A stretch of 64,000 bases of DNA from a virus. Lineage: Duplodnaviria; Caudoviricetes. Under the pieces are notes generated by a model. That model saw only the letters and a program-made list of their open reading frames with translations. It was not told where the DNA came from and did not search any database. The stretch spans positions 4,318 through 68,317 of the IMG/VR virus record IMGVR_UViG_2524614847_000002; one strand, written 5' to 3'. The position numbers and the translations under genes are program-made. Each line of letters opens with the position of its first letter. Position 1 is the first letter of the stretch. Below are positions 1 through 8,826 of this stretch, piece by piece.

Positions 1-105
1 ATGCCATACTCTTATTCACTTGCATAATGTTTGAAATGATTGTGCAGATGACTCAGTTGGTATGTAACCCATATGTAGAAGATGGGGAATTTAAAGGATA
101 TGATG

Positions 106-391
106 ACTGACTGCAAAATTGCTCTCAGTGAAACGAGCTGAACTATTAGCCCGTTACTGAATCCAATTTTGGCTTGAGTGGTTATCCTACTGACTGCAAA
201 ATTGCTGTCAATGAAATTTAGCCGACGGTAAATTCCGTTCGCTGTGTTTCAAAATTCATTGACGTAGAATTTAACGTCAGTGCGTATTTAGGCAAGCTTT
301 TACTGAAGGAGAATTTCCCTTCAGTGAAAAATAAACGCCGAAGGAAAATTTACCTTTGGCATAGTTCAACCAACGGATAATTCCGTTCGTT
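106..391. repeat. Array of nine divergent 24-bp imperfect palindromes
   Basis: Units start at 106, 132, 156, 189, 220, 258, 302, 337 and 368, e.g. ACTGACTGCAAAATTGCTCTCAGT and ACTGAAGGAGAATTTCCCTTCAGT; each is self-complementary around an A/T core. Confidence 0.85.
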
Positions 392-445
392 AGAACTGAC
401 AGGGAGGTCATTCCCAGCCCAATATCATGAGGAGGTGAGCAATAA

Positions 446-763
446 ATGACATGTATTAATTGTGACAGATGTCCAGATAGTACAAAATGTGCAAATTTTA
501 AGCCAAGAAATTATTGGTCCATTGCAAGCAAAAAATGCTCTGACTATTTCGATAAAAGGTATCCTTTCGGAACTTTACCGGGGTTCTGCCTTATGCATAC
601 CCAAGCGAAAGAGACAGCAAGGGCGATTATGAAAGCGAAAAAAGATTGCTGTAACAGCGTAAAACAAATTGTATCAAGCCCGGAGGATATCACTGCATTC
701 TTTGAAATTTACAAATCAGTTTTAAATGTTGGGGTTTACTACTTGAAGGGAGAGGAATCATGA
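446..763 (+). CDS. Hypothetical Cys-rich phage protein
   Basis: ORF with GGAGGTG RBS; overlaps the next start. Confidence 0.7.
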   Translation: MTCINCDRCPDSTKCANFKPRNYWSIASKKCSDYFDKRYPFGTLPGFCLMHTQAKETARAIMKAKKDCCNSVKQIVSSPEDITAFFEIYKSVLNVGVYYLKGEES

Positions 764-918
764 GCAGGAAGAACAAAACAAACCGCGCCGGAGCAGCTAT
801 TGGAATGAATCCATTCGGCTGGGGAAACGGCGGTAAAAGAAAAAGGCCCACAGGTGCGCCAACACCTGCAGGTCAGTGTAACATAAAAATCAATCATATC
901 CCTAATTATATGGGGTAA
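760..918 (+). CDS. Small basic hypothetical protein (MSRKNKTNRAGAAIG...)
   Basis: ATGA overlap with the upstream stop and GAGGA RBS; below the ORF-track cutoff. Confidence 0.5.
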   Translation: MSRKNKTNRAGAAIGMNPFGWGNGGKRKRPTGAPTPAGQCNIKINHIPNYMG

Positions 919-934
919 ATCGGAGGATTGTCAA

Positions 935-1261
935 GTGAATAATCGAAAACGCAAGAAATTAGCTGCAAGGCGCCGGACTGAACATGGCGAGCGTGAAGGA
1001 TTACATGAACTACTTGATCTAGTACTTGATATTAACGGATTGGGTGAACGACGTCAAGAAATTTCAGGTAATCTCCCTACTGCATTCTTTGGCTTTAACG
1101 GTCATACTGCAGGCACTTATGTACAGGTATATAACAAAGGGTGGAATGGCCTTGACGATCCTGATTTCTCAGTATATTCGTGGGACTTCCAGGGCATTGA
1201 TAACTACACAAAGGCCCTTGAACGCGCTTCTGCTGAGTTGCGGCCTGTATCTTATCACTGA
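935..1261 (+). CDS. Hypothetical phage protein
   Basis: GGAGG RBS before GTG; in operon. Confidence 0.7.
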   Translation: MNNRKRKKLAARRRTEHGEREGLHELLDLVLDINGLGERRQEISGNLPTAFFGFNGHTAGTYVQVYNKGWNGLDDPDFSVYSWDFQGIDNYTKALERASAELRPVSYH

Positions 1262-1269
1262 TGGAGGTA

Positions 1270-1443
1270 ATGAAGATGTACATGGGGATATGCCAGGAGC
1301 ATGGAATTGTAATAACTGATGAAGATGCCTTAAATTATGCCCTTGAGCAAATCAAGCAAGGAACACCAGAGGAGAAACTGGAATTTTTAGAGTGGTATTA
1401 TTCGGGAAATTTTATAAAAGGTGATGATGGATTTGAACAGTAA
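1270..1443 (+). CDS. Hypothetical phage protein
   Basis: GGAGG RBS; in operon. Confidence 0.6.
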   Translation: MKMYMGICQEHGIVITDEDALNYALEQIKQGTPEEKLEFLEWYYSGNFIKGDDGFEQ

Positions 1444-1559
1444 TAAATGCGACATGTGCGGCCTGTATCTGGATTCAGATGGCGCAGCATGTGAAGAGTG
1501 TATCAATAAATCGAGGATTACTAATCTTGTGGCTAACAGAAGCCAGATAGGAGTGGATC

Positions 1560-2486
1560 ATGAGCAATATGGAACTGAAAGTAACAACGGGGAATATGGA
1601 GATCACAGCGAATTTTGATGATTTCGAAAAATGGATAGAAGAACGTACCCATGAGTACGATGGTGTTGTTTTCACAGAGGACCAGAAAGCGGCTGCCAAA
1701 AAGTCCGTTGCCGATCTCAGGAAAACAAAAAAGTCTGTAGACGATAGTCTTAAAACAACTAAAAAGTTATGGATGGAACCGTATGAAAGGTTTGCTGATA
1801 AGGTCAAGGCCCTGTCTGCAAAGCTTGATCTTCCTATCGATTACATAAATGGACAAGTTGAGGAGTTCGAAAGCAAGCGTATTGCAGAGCGTGAGGCCGA
1901 TATCCAGAGGATTTATGATGAGAATATCAGTGATATGGTTGATTTCCTTCCACTGTATAAAATCAAATCGGATAAATGGACCAATGCCAGTACAAGCCTT
2001 AAGGCTTTGACAAAGGAAATGACAGAGATTATTACCAATGCAAGGGCCGGGAAGATGGCTATTGATGCCAACGGTTCGGAGGCAAAAGAAGAGGCATTAC
2101 GTATATTTGCGGCTACGCTTAATCTGCCAGAGGCATTAGGGTACATCAACAAGTACGAGGCTCAGAAAGCCGAGATTTTAAAGCGAGAAGAGGCTAGATT
2201 GCAAGCAGAACAGGAGAGGAGTATACAGGCTGAAATTGAGCGTGCAAAAGCTGAGGAACGTCGGAAGATTGCCGAGGAGGAACGGATCAGGAAAGAAGCG
2301 GAGGAAGCAGCCAGAGCAGAAGTCAAAGAAGAGATTACAACCGTTAATGAAGCCGCCGCCGCGCCGCTCTCCATGCCTGAATCTATCAAGGCAGTTTATA
2401 CGGTAGTCGGTACTGATGCGGAGCTGCAGGAACTTGAAATGGCTATGAATAGCCTGGGACTTTATTTTGAGAGAAAGGAAGTCTAA
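1560..2486 (+). CDS. DUF1351-like coiled-coil phage protein
   Basis: N-terminal ITANFDDFEKWIEE...YDGVVFTEDQKAAAKKSVADLRK; typical position before a single-strand annealing protein. Confidence 0.7.
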   Translation: MSNMELKVTTGNMEITANFDDFEKWIEERTHEYDGVVFTEDQKAAAKKSVADLRKTKKSVDDSLKTTKKLWMEPYERFADKVKALSAKLDLPIDYINGQVEEFESKRIAEREADIQRIYDENISDMVDFLPLYKIKSDKWTNASTSLKALTKEMTEIITNARAGKMAIDANGSEAKEEALRIFAATLNLPEALGYINKYEAQKAEILKREEARLQAEQERSIQAEIERAKAEERRKIAEEERIRKEAEEAARAEVKEEITTVNEAAAAPLSMPESIKAVYTVVGTDAELQELEMAMNSLGLYFERKEV

Positions 2487-2488
2487 TT

Positions 2489-3178
2489 TTGGGAGAAAAG
2501 ATTTATCAGTCCATAGTCGCCGTCATGGAGGACGTGGGAGCGATTGGAAAGGATAAAAAGAATCAATCGCAAGGATTTATGTACCGCGGAATTGATGATG
2601 TTATGAACGCGCTAAATCCTGCTTTTATTAAAAACAAGATATTTACAGTGCCACAGGTATTAGAGCAGAGCCGCGAGGAACGCACCACGGCAAAGGGTGG
2701 TCTACTGATCTATTCCATCTGCAAGGTTAAGTACACATTTTACGCTGAGGACGGTTCGAATGTAGAAGTTGTTACCATTGGCGAGGGAATGGACAGTGGC
2801 GACAAGGCAACCAATAAAGCTATGGCTATAGCGTTCAAATACGCCTGTTTTCAGCTCTTTTGCATTCCGACTGAGGAAATGTCCGATCCAGACGCTGAAT
2901 GCCATGAATTAGCGAATAAGCCACATGAAAGTAAGCCCAATGTTTCCAGGATTAATAAAAAGCAAGTTGATGAACTGTTGTCTGAGTGCGACCGGATCGG
3001 GAAAAGCGAAAAGGCAATTTGTACTTATTATAAAATCGGAAAGTTTGCTGATATGGACCAGAACCAATACCGAAGCGCTATAAAGAGTTTTAAGGCTACT
3101 CCAGACAAGCCAGTAGTTCCGGCTGATCCCGCAACAATTCCTCCAGATAATGCAGATAATAGCCTGCCGTTCAAATAA
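2489..3178 (+). CDS. ERF-family single-strand annealing protein
   Basis: GEGMDSGDKATNKAMAIAFKYACFQLFCIPT...DPDA motif. Confidence 0.85.
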   Translation: MGEKIYQSIVAVMEDVGAIGKDKKNQSQGFMYRGIDDVMNALNPAFIKNKIFTVPQVLEQSREERTTAKGGLLIYSICKVKYTFYAEDGSNVEVVTIGEGMDSGDKATNKAMAIAFKYACFQLFCIPTEEMSDPDAECHELANKPHESKPNVSRINKKQVDELLSECDRIGKSEKAICTYYKIGKFADMDQNQYRSAIKSFKATPDKPVVPADPATIPPDNADNSLPFK

Positions 3179-3192
3179 TTGAGGTGATGTAA

Positions 3193-3717
3193 ATGGAGTT
3201 TAAAGGCCGGGTAGTCGACATAGCTCGTAACTGGAAAACTGGCAGGTTCAGGATCACATTCGAAGCTGATGAAGATATCAGCAAGCAGATAGAGAGCGCC
3301 ACGGACAAGCTCCTTACCATTACAGCCAAGCTATTCCGCCGCAAGCGCAGCCTTGATGCGAACGCCTATTCGTGGGTACTAATGCAGAAGATAGCCGAGG
3401 CCGTGAAATCTGATAAGTGGTCCGTGTATCTGGACATGCTTGGACGGTATGGAGTGTTTACTCACATCATTGTCCGCCCTGGTGTCGTAGATCGGGTAAT
3501 AGCTGAATGGCGAACGGTTAAGAACCTTGGAGAAGTCACAGTCTTCGGACAGACCGGAATACAGCTCCAATGCTACTTTGGGAGCAGCACCTATGACACG
3601 AAGGAAATGTCAGTGTTCGTTGAAGGGATTGTAAGCGAATGCCATGAATTAGGCATTGAAACAGCAACGCCGGAAGAGTTGGAAATAATGAAAAGAGAAT
3701 GGGGTGTGCAGCTGTGA
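3193..3717 (+). CDS. NinB-like recombination accessory protein
   Basis: KRSLDANAYSW and GSSTYDTKEMSVFVEGIVSECHELGI motifs. Confidence 0.6.
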   Translation: MEFKGRVVDIARNWKTGRFRITFEADEDISKQIESATDKLLTITAKLFRRKRSLDANAYSWVLMQKIAEAVKSDKWSVYLDMLGRYGVFTHIIVRPGVVDRVIAEWRTVKNLGEVTVFGQTGIQLQCYFGSSTYDTKEMSVFVEGIVSECHELGIETATPEELEIMKREWGVQL

Positions 3718-3995
3718 AAAGCGTATTGCAAGATACAAAAGAGTGTTATTTCTGCCATTCTACTTACTGCCTTGAGGATCATCATATCTTCTTCGGCACA
3801 TCAAACCGGAAACGCTCAGAGAAAAGAGGGCTTAAGGTGTGGCTATGCGATAAACACCATAGGTATGATCCTGATGCAGTACATAGAAATCGAAGATCAG
3901 ATTTGCAATTAAAAGAAATGGCTCAGACTTATTATGAGCAGAATATAGGAACCCGTAAACAATTCATAGTTGAGTTCGGAAAGAGTTACTTATAA
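3714..3995 (+). CDS. HNH-like zinc-binding phage protein
   Basis: CYFC...HHIFFG...LCDKHH; GTGA overlap with upstream stop. Confidence 0.65.
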   Translation: MKSVLQDTKECYFCHSTYCLEDHHIFFGTSNRKRSEKRGLKVWLCDKHHRYDPDAVHRNRRSDLQLKEMAQTYYEQNIGTRKQFIVEFGKSYL

Positions 3996-4112
3996 GCCTT
4001 GTGAGCCTTAACGGGCTTTCAATAAAAGGAATCCCAAAGGTCTATGTGTCACGACATGCCATTGGTACAGCCTCCGCTGCTATTTCAGGGCGGCGGGGGA
4101 GAAAGGAGTATC

Positions 4113-4478
4113 TTGGGAAAGATTAATAGCAGAGATAAAGGAGCAAATGGCGAACGTGAGCTTGCCAATATCCTTAAAGAATATGGTTATAAAACACACA
4201 GAGGTCAGCAATATTGTGGTGATACTGGTGCCGCTGATGTTGTTGGACTTCCACAGATACATATCGAATGCAAGAGGGTGGAAAGGCTTAATATTTACGA
4301 TGCCATAGAACAAGCCAAATCCAACGCAGAAGCGAAAGAAATACCATTTGGTGAATGCAACCTGCCGGCAGTATTCCACCGGAAGAATAAGCGTGAATGG
4401 CTGGTTACAATGCCATTAAATGATTGGATTACCATTTACCGTGAATGGGAAGCCGGGAATGCATTAGAACAGGAGTGA
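4113..4478 (+). CDS. Hjc-like Holliday junction resolvase (PD-(D/E)XK)
   Basis: SRDKGANGERELA...ADVVG...IECKR; AAGGAG RBS before TTG 4113. Confidence 0.75.
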   Translation: MGKINSRDKGANGERELANILKEYGYKTHRGQQYCGDTGAADVVGLPQIHIECKRVERLNIYDAIEQAKSNAEAKEIPFGECNLPAVFHRKNKREWLVTMPLNDWITIYREWEAGNALEQE

Positions 4479-4482
4479 TGAT

Positions 4483-5319
4483 GTGAGCGAAGGAGGCAAG
4501 GATAAAATAAGCAATCCTCAGCTTGAAGATGGCTATACCCGGGTAGCGAATGAGTTGTTGGAAGCTGTTTTCCATGCTGATTTTAACGGTGCGCAGATAA
4601 GGGTATTGCTTTGCCTGATAAGAAATACCTACGGGTATGGACGGAAGGAATGCGAATTTTCTAATGGATTTGTGGCTAAAGGCACCGGGCTTAATAAAAA
4701 GAGTGTTGCTTTGGTAATGAACAGCTTGCAAGAAGGAAAAGTGATCACTGTAACACAGCAGCCAACCTATACCAGTCCTAAAAAAGTGAAGCTGAATAAA
4801 TGCATAAAAGAGTGGTCCTCTTTACCCCCACAGTGGAAGACGTCACCTACAGGTGTAGACGTCACCAGTGGTACAGGGGAAGACGTCACCAGTGGTACAG
4901 GGGAAGACGTCACCCCCCAAAAAAGAAAGATATTAAAGAAAGATATTAAAGAAATAGTCGAGAAGCCTCCTTACGGAGAAATTATTGATTACTTGAACAG
5001 TAAAACAGGTAAGTCATATCGGTGGCAAGGCAAGGCTACACAAGGTCATATCAATGCGAGATATGCAGAAGGGTATACCGTGGCAGACTTCCAAAAGGTA
5101 ATAGATATCAAGTCGGCAGAATGGAAGGGCGGGGACATGGAACAATACTTAAGACCAGAAACATTATTTGGGTCTAAGTTTGAGGGATATCTAAACCAAG
5201 GAATGGGGAACAAAGGGAACGGTCCATCGAAGAGTAATAAAAACCAATTCCAACAGTTCCCTCAAAGGGATATTGATTATGACGCTCTTGTATTACAGCA
5301 ACTGCAGCAAGGAGGTTGA
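4483..5319 (+). CDS. Phage replication initiator (lambda O-like N-terminus, conserved phage C-terminal domain)
   Basis: PQLEDGYTRVANELLEA; YLRPETLFGSKFEGYLN; internal iterons. Confidence 0.85.
   Translation: MSEGGKDKISNPQLEDGYTRVANELLEAVFHADFNGAQIRVLLCLIRNTYGYGRKECEFSNGFVAKGTGLNKKSVALVMNSLQEGKVITVTQQPTYTSPKKVKLNKCIKEWSSLPPQWKTSPTGVDVTSGTGEDVTSGTGEDVTPQKRKILKKDIKEIVEKPPYGEIIDYLNSKTGKSYRWQGKATQGHINARYAEGYTVADFQKVIDIKSAEWKGGDMEQYLRPETLFGSKFEGYLNQGMGNKGNGPSKSNKNQFQQFPQRDIDYDALVLQQLQQGG
4838..4957. repeat. Iterons plus AT-rich tract (probable phage ori)
   Basis: AGACGTCACC at 4838, 4857, 4881 and 4905 (24-bp tandem unit), then AAAGAAAGATATT x2. Confidence 0.75.
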
Positions 5320-5561
5320 TGGCGGTGGACGAAGAAAGAGCCCGTAAGCTGGCCCGGCATCGAGTGGGAGAAAAGCATCACATGGGAATCTCGATGACCG
5401 ATGAAGAAATCAAGCTGCGCCGGGAATACATGCGCAATATGATCCGCCGGGTTCCTGCTTGGCAGGAGGTTAAGGACGAACAACTTGACAACATGAGGAT
5501 TTATAAGCGGGGAAATGATTGGTACATAGAGGATCAGGACCTTTACGAATATAATTTTTAG
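5316..5561 (+). CDS. Hypothetical phage protein
   Basis: ORF overlapping the upstream stop; GGAGG RBS. Confidence 0.65.
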   Translation: MMAVDEERARKLARHRVGEKHHMGISMTDEEIKLRREYMRNMIRRVPAWQEVKDEQLDNMRIYKRGNDWYIEDQDLYEYNF

Positions 5562-5677
5562 GCTGAATAGTGTTTAAATCGTTTTTATGGCTTGGACGAT
5601 AGAAATGTCGTAGACAGCAAAACGAACGGAATTTGAGCCATCAGCGTGCGCTAGAGAGCGCGAGAAAGGGACAGGAC

Positions 5678-6772
5678 ATGAATAAAAAAGAAATCAACGA
5701 GATCAAGAAGATTTTCACTCCTGCAAATTGCAGCCTTACAAGAATTTGCAGTTGCTATGTAGATGCAGAGAAGAATAAGCGGGCGGAGTTAAAAGAAGCA
5801 TTTCTTTCTCTGCCAGATGAAGAAGTATTTAAGTATTTCAATATATTCCGTGGAGCATTATCAGGTACGGTTGCGAAGAACCTTATTAACCTGGATTCAC
5901 CGAGCGATTATCTGCTGAAACTCAGAGATAGCCGGTTAAGAGATGAAAGCCTGCTTGATGAATTTTACGACAAGGTAATCGAAAGCTATGACTATGGTGA
6001 GAACTATTACATAGTGCTGGTACATGGTATTTATGACGTACCGGGAAAAGCACAGGACGGGACCGTGATGGAAGATGCTTCTGACATTGTCTATGAGTTC
6101 ATTCAGTGCGCTATATGCCCTGTGAAACTGACTAAGGGGGCATTAAGCTACAACATGGATAAGAATGCCATAGAGAACCGGAAAAGGGACTGGATTGTGG
6201 AAGCTCCTGAAACCGGATTCCTATACCCAGCGTTTAATGACCGCCAGACGGATATATATGGAACCTTATACTACACAAAGAAAGCAGACCAGTTGCATGA
6301 TAATCTAATTGACGGATTGTTTGGGACTTGCATTCCAATGTCTGCAGAAGATCAGAAATGCACTTTCGGCGCTATGGTTGAAGAAACATTAGAAGAAGAA
6401 TGCGATTTTACAACAGTTAAAAGCATTTATGAGGATTTGATAGAACGCATCGAGGAATCTGATTCAAATGTGGTTGAGCTTGATTTTAAGCATATGGAGC
6501 AGATGTTTAATGAATATGGCGCAAGTACAGAAAAGATCGATGAATTAAAGGCACGGTTTGAAAACTCTCCTTACAAATTAATCGCATCAAATGTGGTAAA
6601 TACAAAAACCTTTGAGATTAAGACTGAGGGCCTGGAAATCAAAGTTAAGCCAGATTACACAAGCCGTGTTGAGTGCCGTATGATTGACGGCCGCCCATGC
6701 ATCGTAATGGCTGTCAGCGACCATCTGGAGGTGAACGGGATCAGTACAAGACCAATAGGAGCTATGGAATGA
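5678..6772 (+). CDS. DUF4317-family protein
   Basis: MNKKEINEIKK...CYVDAEK...GFLYPAFNDR. Confidence 0.75.
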   Translation: MNKKEINEIKKIFTPANCSLTRICSCYVDAEKNKRAELKEAFLSLPDEEVFKYFNIFRGALSGTVAKNLINLDSPSDYLLKLRDSRLRDESLLDEFYDKVIESYDYGENYYIVLVHGIYDVPGKAQDGTVMEDASDIVYEFIQCAICPVKLTKGALSYNMDKNAIENRKRDWIVEAPETGFLYPAFNDRQTDIYGTLYYTKKADQLHDNLIDGLFGTCIPMSAEDQKCTFGAMVEETLEEECDFTTVKSIYEDLIERIEESDSNVVELDFKHMEQMFNEYGASTEKIDELKARFENSPYKLIASNVVNTKTFEIKTEGLEIKVKPDYTSRVECRMIDGRPCIVMAVSDHLEVNGISTRPIGAME

Positions 6773-6993
6773 AAGCCCGGCACCAGCAAATAAAAGACTT
6801 CATCGTTCAGTACCTTAAAACCCATGGATATCCTCCATCATATCAGGAGATAGGCGAGGGAGTAGGAATGAAAAGCAGAGCAACAGTTTACGCGAATATC
6901 AGGCAGATGAATGAGCTTGGAATCATAAAGGCGGTTCCGGTGCAGCCAAGATGTATAAGCGTGCCGGGGTGGAGGTTTGTGGAAGAGCAGTAA
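6769..6993 (+). CDS. LexA DNA-binding-domain-only regulator
   Basis: FIVQYLKTHGYPPSYQEIGEGVGMKSRATV; no peptidase domain. Confidence 0.8.
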   Translation: MKARHQQIKDFIVQYLKTHGYPPSYQEIGEGVGMKSRATVYANIRQMNELGIIKAVPVQPRCISVPGWRFVEEQ

Positions 6994-7022
6994 ACAGCGG
7001 TTTATCAGAGGAAGGAGAGCGC

Positions 7023-7427
7023 ATGAAAGATACAGAGCATAAGCTTTTAAAGGCGTTTCCGAGAAGCTTTATAAACGAGTTTGGCGAATTTATAGCACAC
7101 GATAAAGCAAATGAGTACTTTATCCTAAAAAACTGTGCTAATGACTTGGATATCAAATGTAAGGTGCTGGAATGGCTATCAAGAGGAGCGTCTAAAACCG
7201 CACCATTCAGGACAAACAAAAAGAATGAGGAATTCAATAATTTCATGCTTTCAGGGATCAATGAATTTCTTTGCACAGAATTTACACGAGAAGAAATGCG
7301 TGATATTTATTCGACACTTGGTAATTGCGTGAACCACGAAAAGACCATTGAATTTATTGAAAGCGGATATAACTTTGATGTGCTTTCAAGGGAAGTAGGT
7401 GCATCAGCGCTTATGTCTGCTACGTAA
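7023..7427 (+). CDS. Hypothetical phage protein (cassette 1)
   Basis: AAGGAG RBS; KCKVLEWLSR...IYSTLGNCVNH. Confidence 0.75.
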   Translation: MKDTEHKLLKAFPRSFINEFGEFIAHDKANEYFILKNCANDLDIKCKVLEWLSRGASKTAPFRTNKKNEEFNNFMLSGINEFLCTEFTREEMRDIYSTLGNCVNHEKTIEFIESGYNFDVLSREVGASALMSAT

Positions 7428-7497
7428 AACCCAGATTTAACTGAATAAGAAAGGAGGCGGAGTTTCCCGGGAAGATGCGCATCGGCTCCTTTCTAAA

Positions 7498-8223
7498 ATG
7501 AAAATATGCTGGTTTAGTACAGGGATATCGTCCTTTGTGGCTTGTTATCTAGCAAAGGATATTGACCAAATTATATATACACATGTTGAGAATCAACACC
7601 CCGATAGTATGCGCTTCCTCCATGATTGTGAGAAACTACTGGGGAGGAAAATTGAAATAATAAAATCAGACAAATATACAGGGGTAGATGAAATTATTGA
7701 GAAGACAAAAACCTTTAATACTCCTTTTGGAGCACCCTGTACAAGATGGCTTAAGAAGCAAGTGAGAAAAGATTGGGAGAAAGAGAATCCTGATCACCAC
7801 ACTTACATATGGGGATATGATGTAAACGAAATACGCAGGGCAGAGGCCGTACAGGAGGCACTTACCGATTATGACCATGAATTTCCGCTGATTGAACATG
7901 GATTAACAAAAGCAGAATGCCACGGAATAGCATATAAACTTGGGCTGAAACGTCCCGTCATGTATGACCTGGGATACCCCAATAATAACTGCCTTGGCTG
8001 CGTTAAAGGTGGCATGGGGTACTGGAACAAAATCAGAATTGATTTTCCTGAGGTGTTTGAACGCCGGGCGAAGCAAGAACGGGAATTTGGGCGTAGTTGC
8101 ATAAATGGTCTGTATTTAGATGAATTGGAACTGGACCGGGGGAATATGGATATGGAAGTTTTTGAGGACTGTACAATAGCATGTCAGATATTAACATGGG
8201 GAAAAGATATTCAAAAAAATTAG
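7498..8223 (+). CDS. PAPS-reductase-like (adenine nucleotide alpha-hydrolase) protein (cassette 2)
   Basis: WFSTGISS PP-loop-like motif; PCTRWLK; NNCLGCVKGG. Confidence 0.75.
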   Translation: MKICWFSTGISSFVACYLAKDIDQIIYTHVENQHPDSMRFLHDCEKLLGRKIEIIKSDKYTGVDEIIEKTKTFNTPFGAPCTRWLKKQVRKDWEKENPDHHTYIWGYDVNEIRRAEAVQEALTDYDHEFPLIEHGLTKAECHGIAYKLGLKRPVMYDLGYPNNNCLGCVKGGMGYWNKIRIDFPEVFERRAKQEREFGRSCINGLYLDELELDRGNMDMEVFEDCTIACQILTWGKDIQKN

Positions 8224-8238
8224 TATTTAGGAGAGTAA

Positions 8239-8469
8239 ATGGAAGGACAAATTAATTTATTTGAATGTTTAAATCAACCTCCGCCTATTGGCAGTACGGT
8301 ATATTTTATAACCTGCAGCAAAATAAAAAAAGCAATAGTGATTAGCCTTGATGCTTCTTTCGCAGGTTTTCCATGTACGGGATATATTAAGGTTCAGGGA
8401 CCAGATGGGCAAACATGGAGTGTAAAAAATTTCTATAAATCTAAAAGCGAAGCAAATAAACATATTTAG
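8239..8469 (+). CDS. Hypothetical protein (cassette 3)
   Basis: AGGAG RBS; MEGQINLFE start. Confidence 0.65.
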   Translation: MEGQINLFECLNQPPPIGSTVYFITCSKIKKAIVISLDASFAGFPCTGYIKVQGPDGQTWSVKNFYKSKSEANKHI

Positions 8470-8501
8470 GATTTCCCGGAGCAACGGGAGAAAGGGGAAA
8501 A

Positions 8502-8723
8502 ATGAAATTTACAATTGACTATGAAGAAAGAGTTTCCAGAATTAATAGTGTTACCATAGAAGTGGAAGATGAAGAAGAGGGAGAGGCCATTGCTGACGAA
8601 TTGTATGACATGGCTGATAGCTGGAGTCACCCGGATGATATTTTTGGAGCCTTGGGAGAGATAGGAAAGAAAGTTGTGGAGAGATGCGAAGGTGCTGAAT
8701 CGGCAGAATATGAGATCCAGTAA
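8502..8723 (+). CDS. Small acidic hypothetical protein (cassette 4)
   Basis: RBS present; very D/E-rich 73 aa. Confidence 0.7.
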   Translation: MKFTIDYEERVSRINSVTIEVEDEEEGEAIADELYDMADSWSHPDDIFGALGEIGKKVVERCEGAESAEYEIQ

Positions 8724-8826
8724 ACTGAGATTTGCATGATTAACCATATCCCCGGCATCGGGAAAATGGTGTAAAGAAAGGAGGCTGGAGCCGTCCGGAC
8801 GATAAGGTACCTGGCTCCTTTCAAAA

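Noticed and set aside
106-391. CRISPR array
   Set aside because: Units are not identical repeats, the 0-14 bp gaps are too short for spacers, and there are no cas genes.
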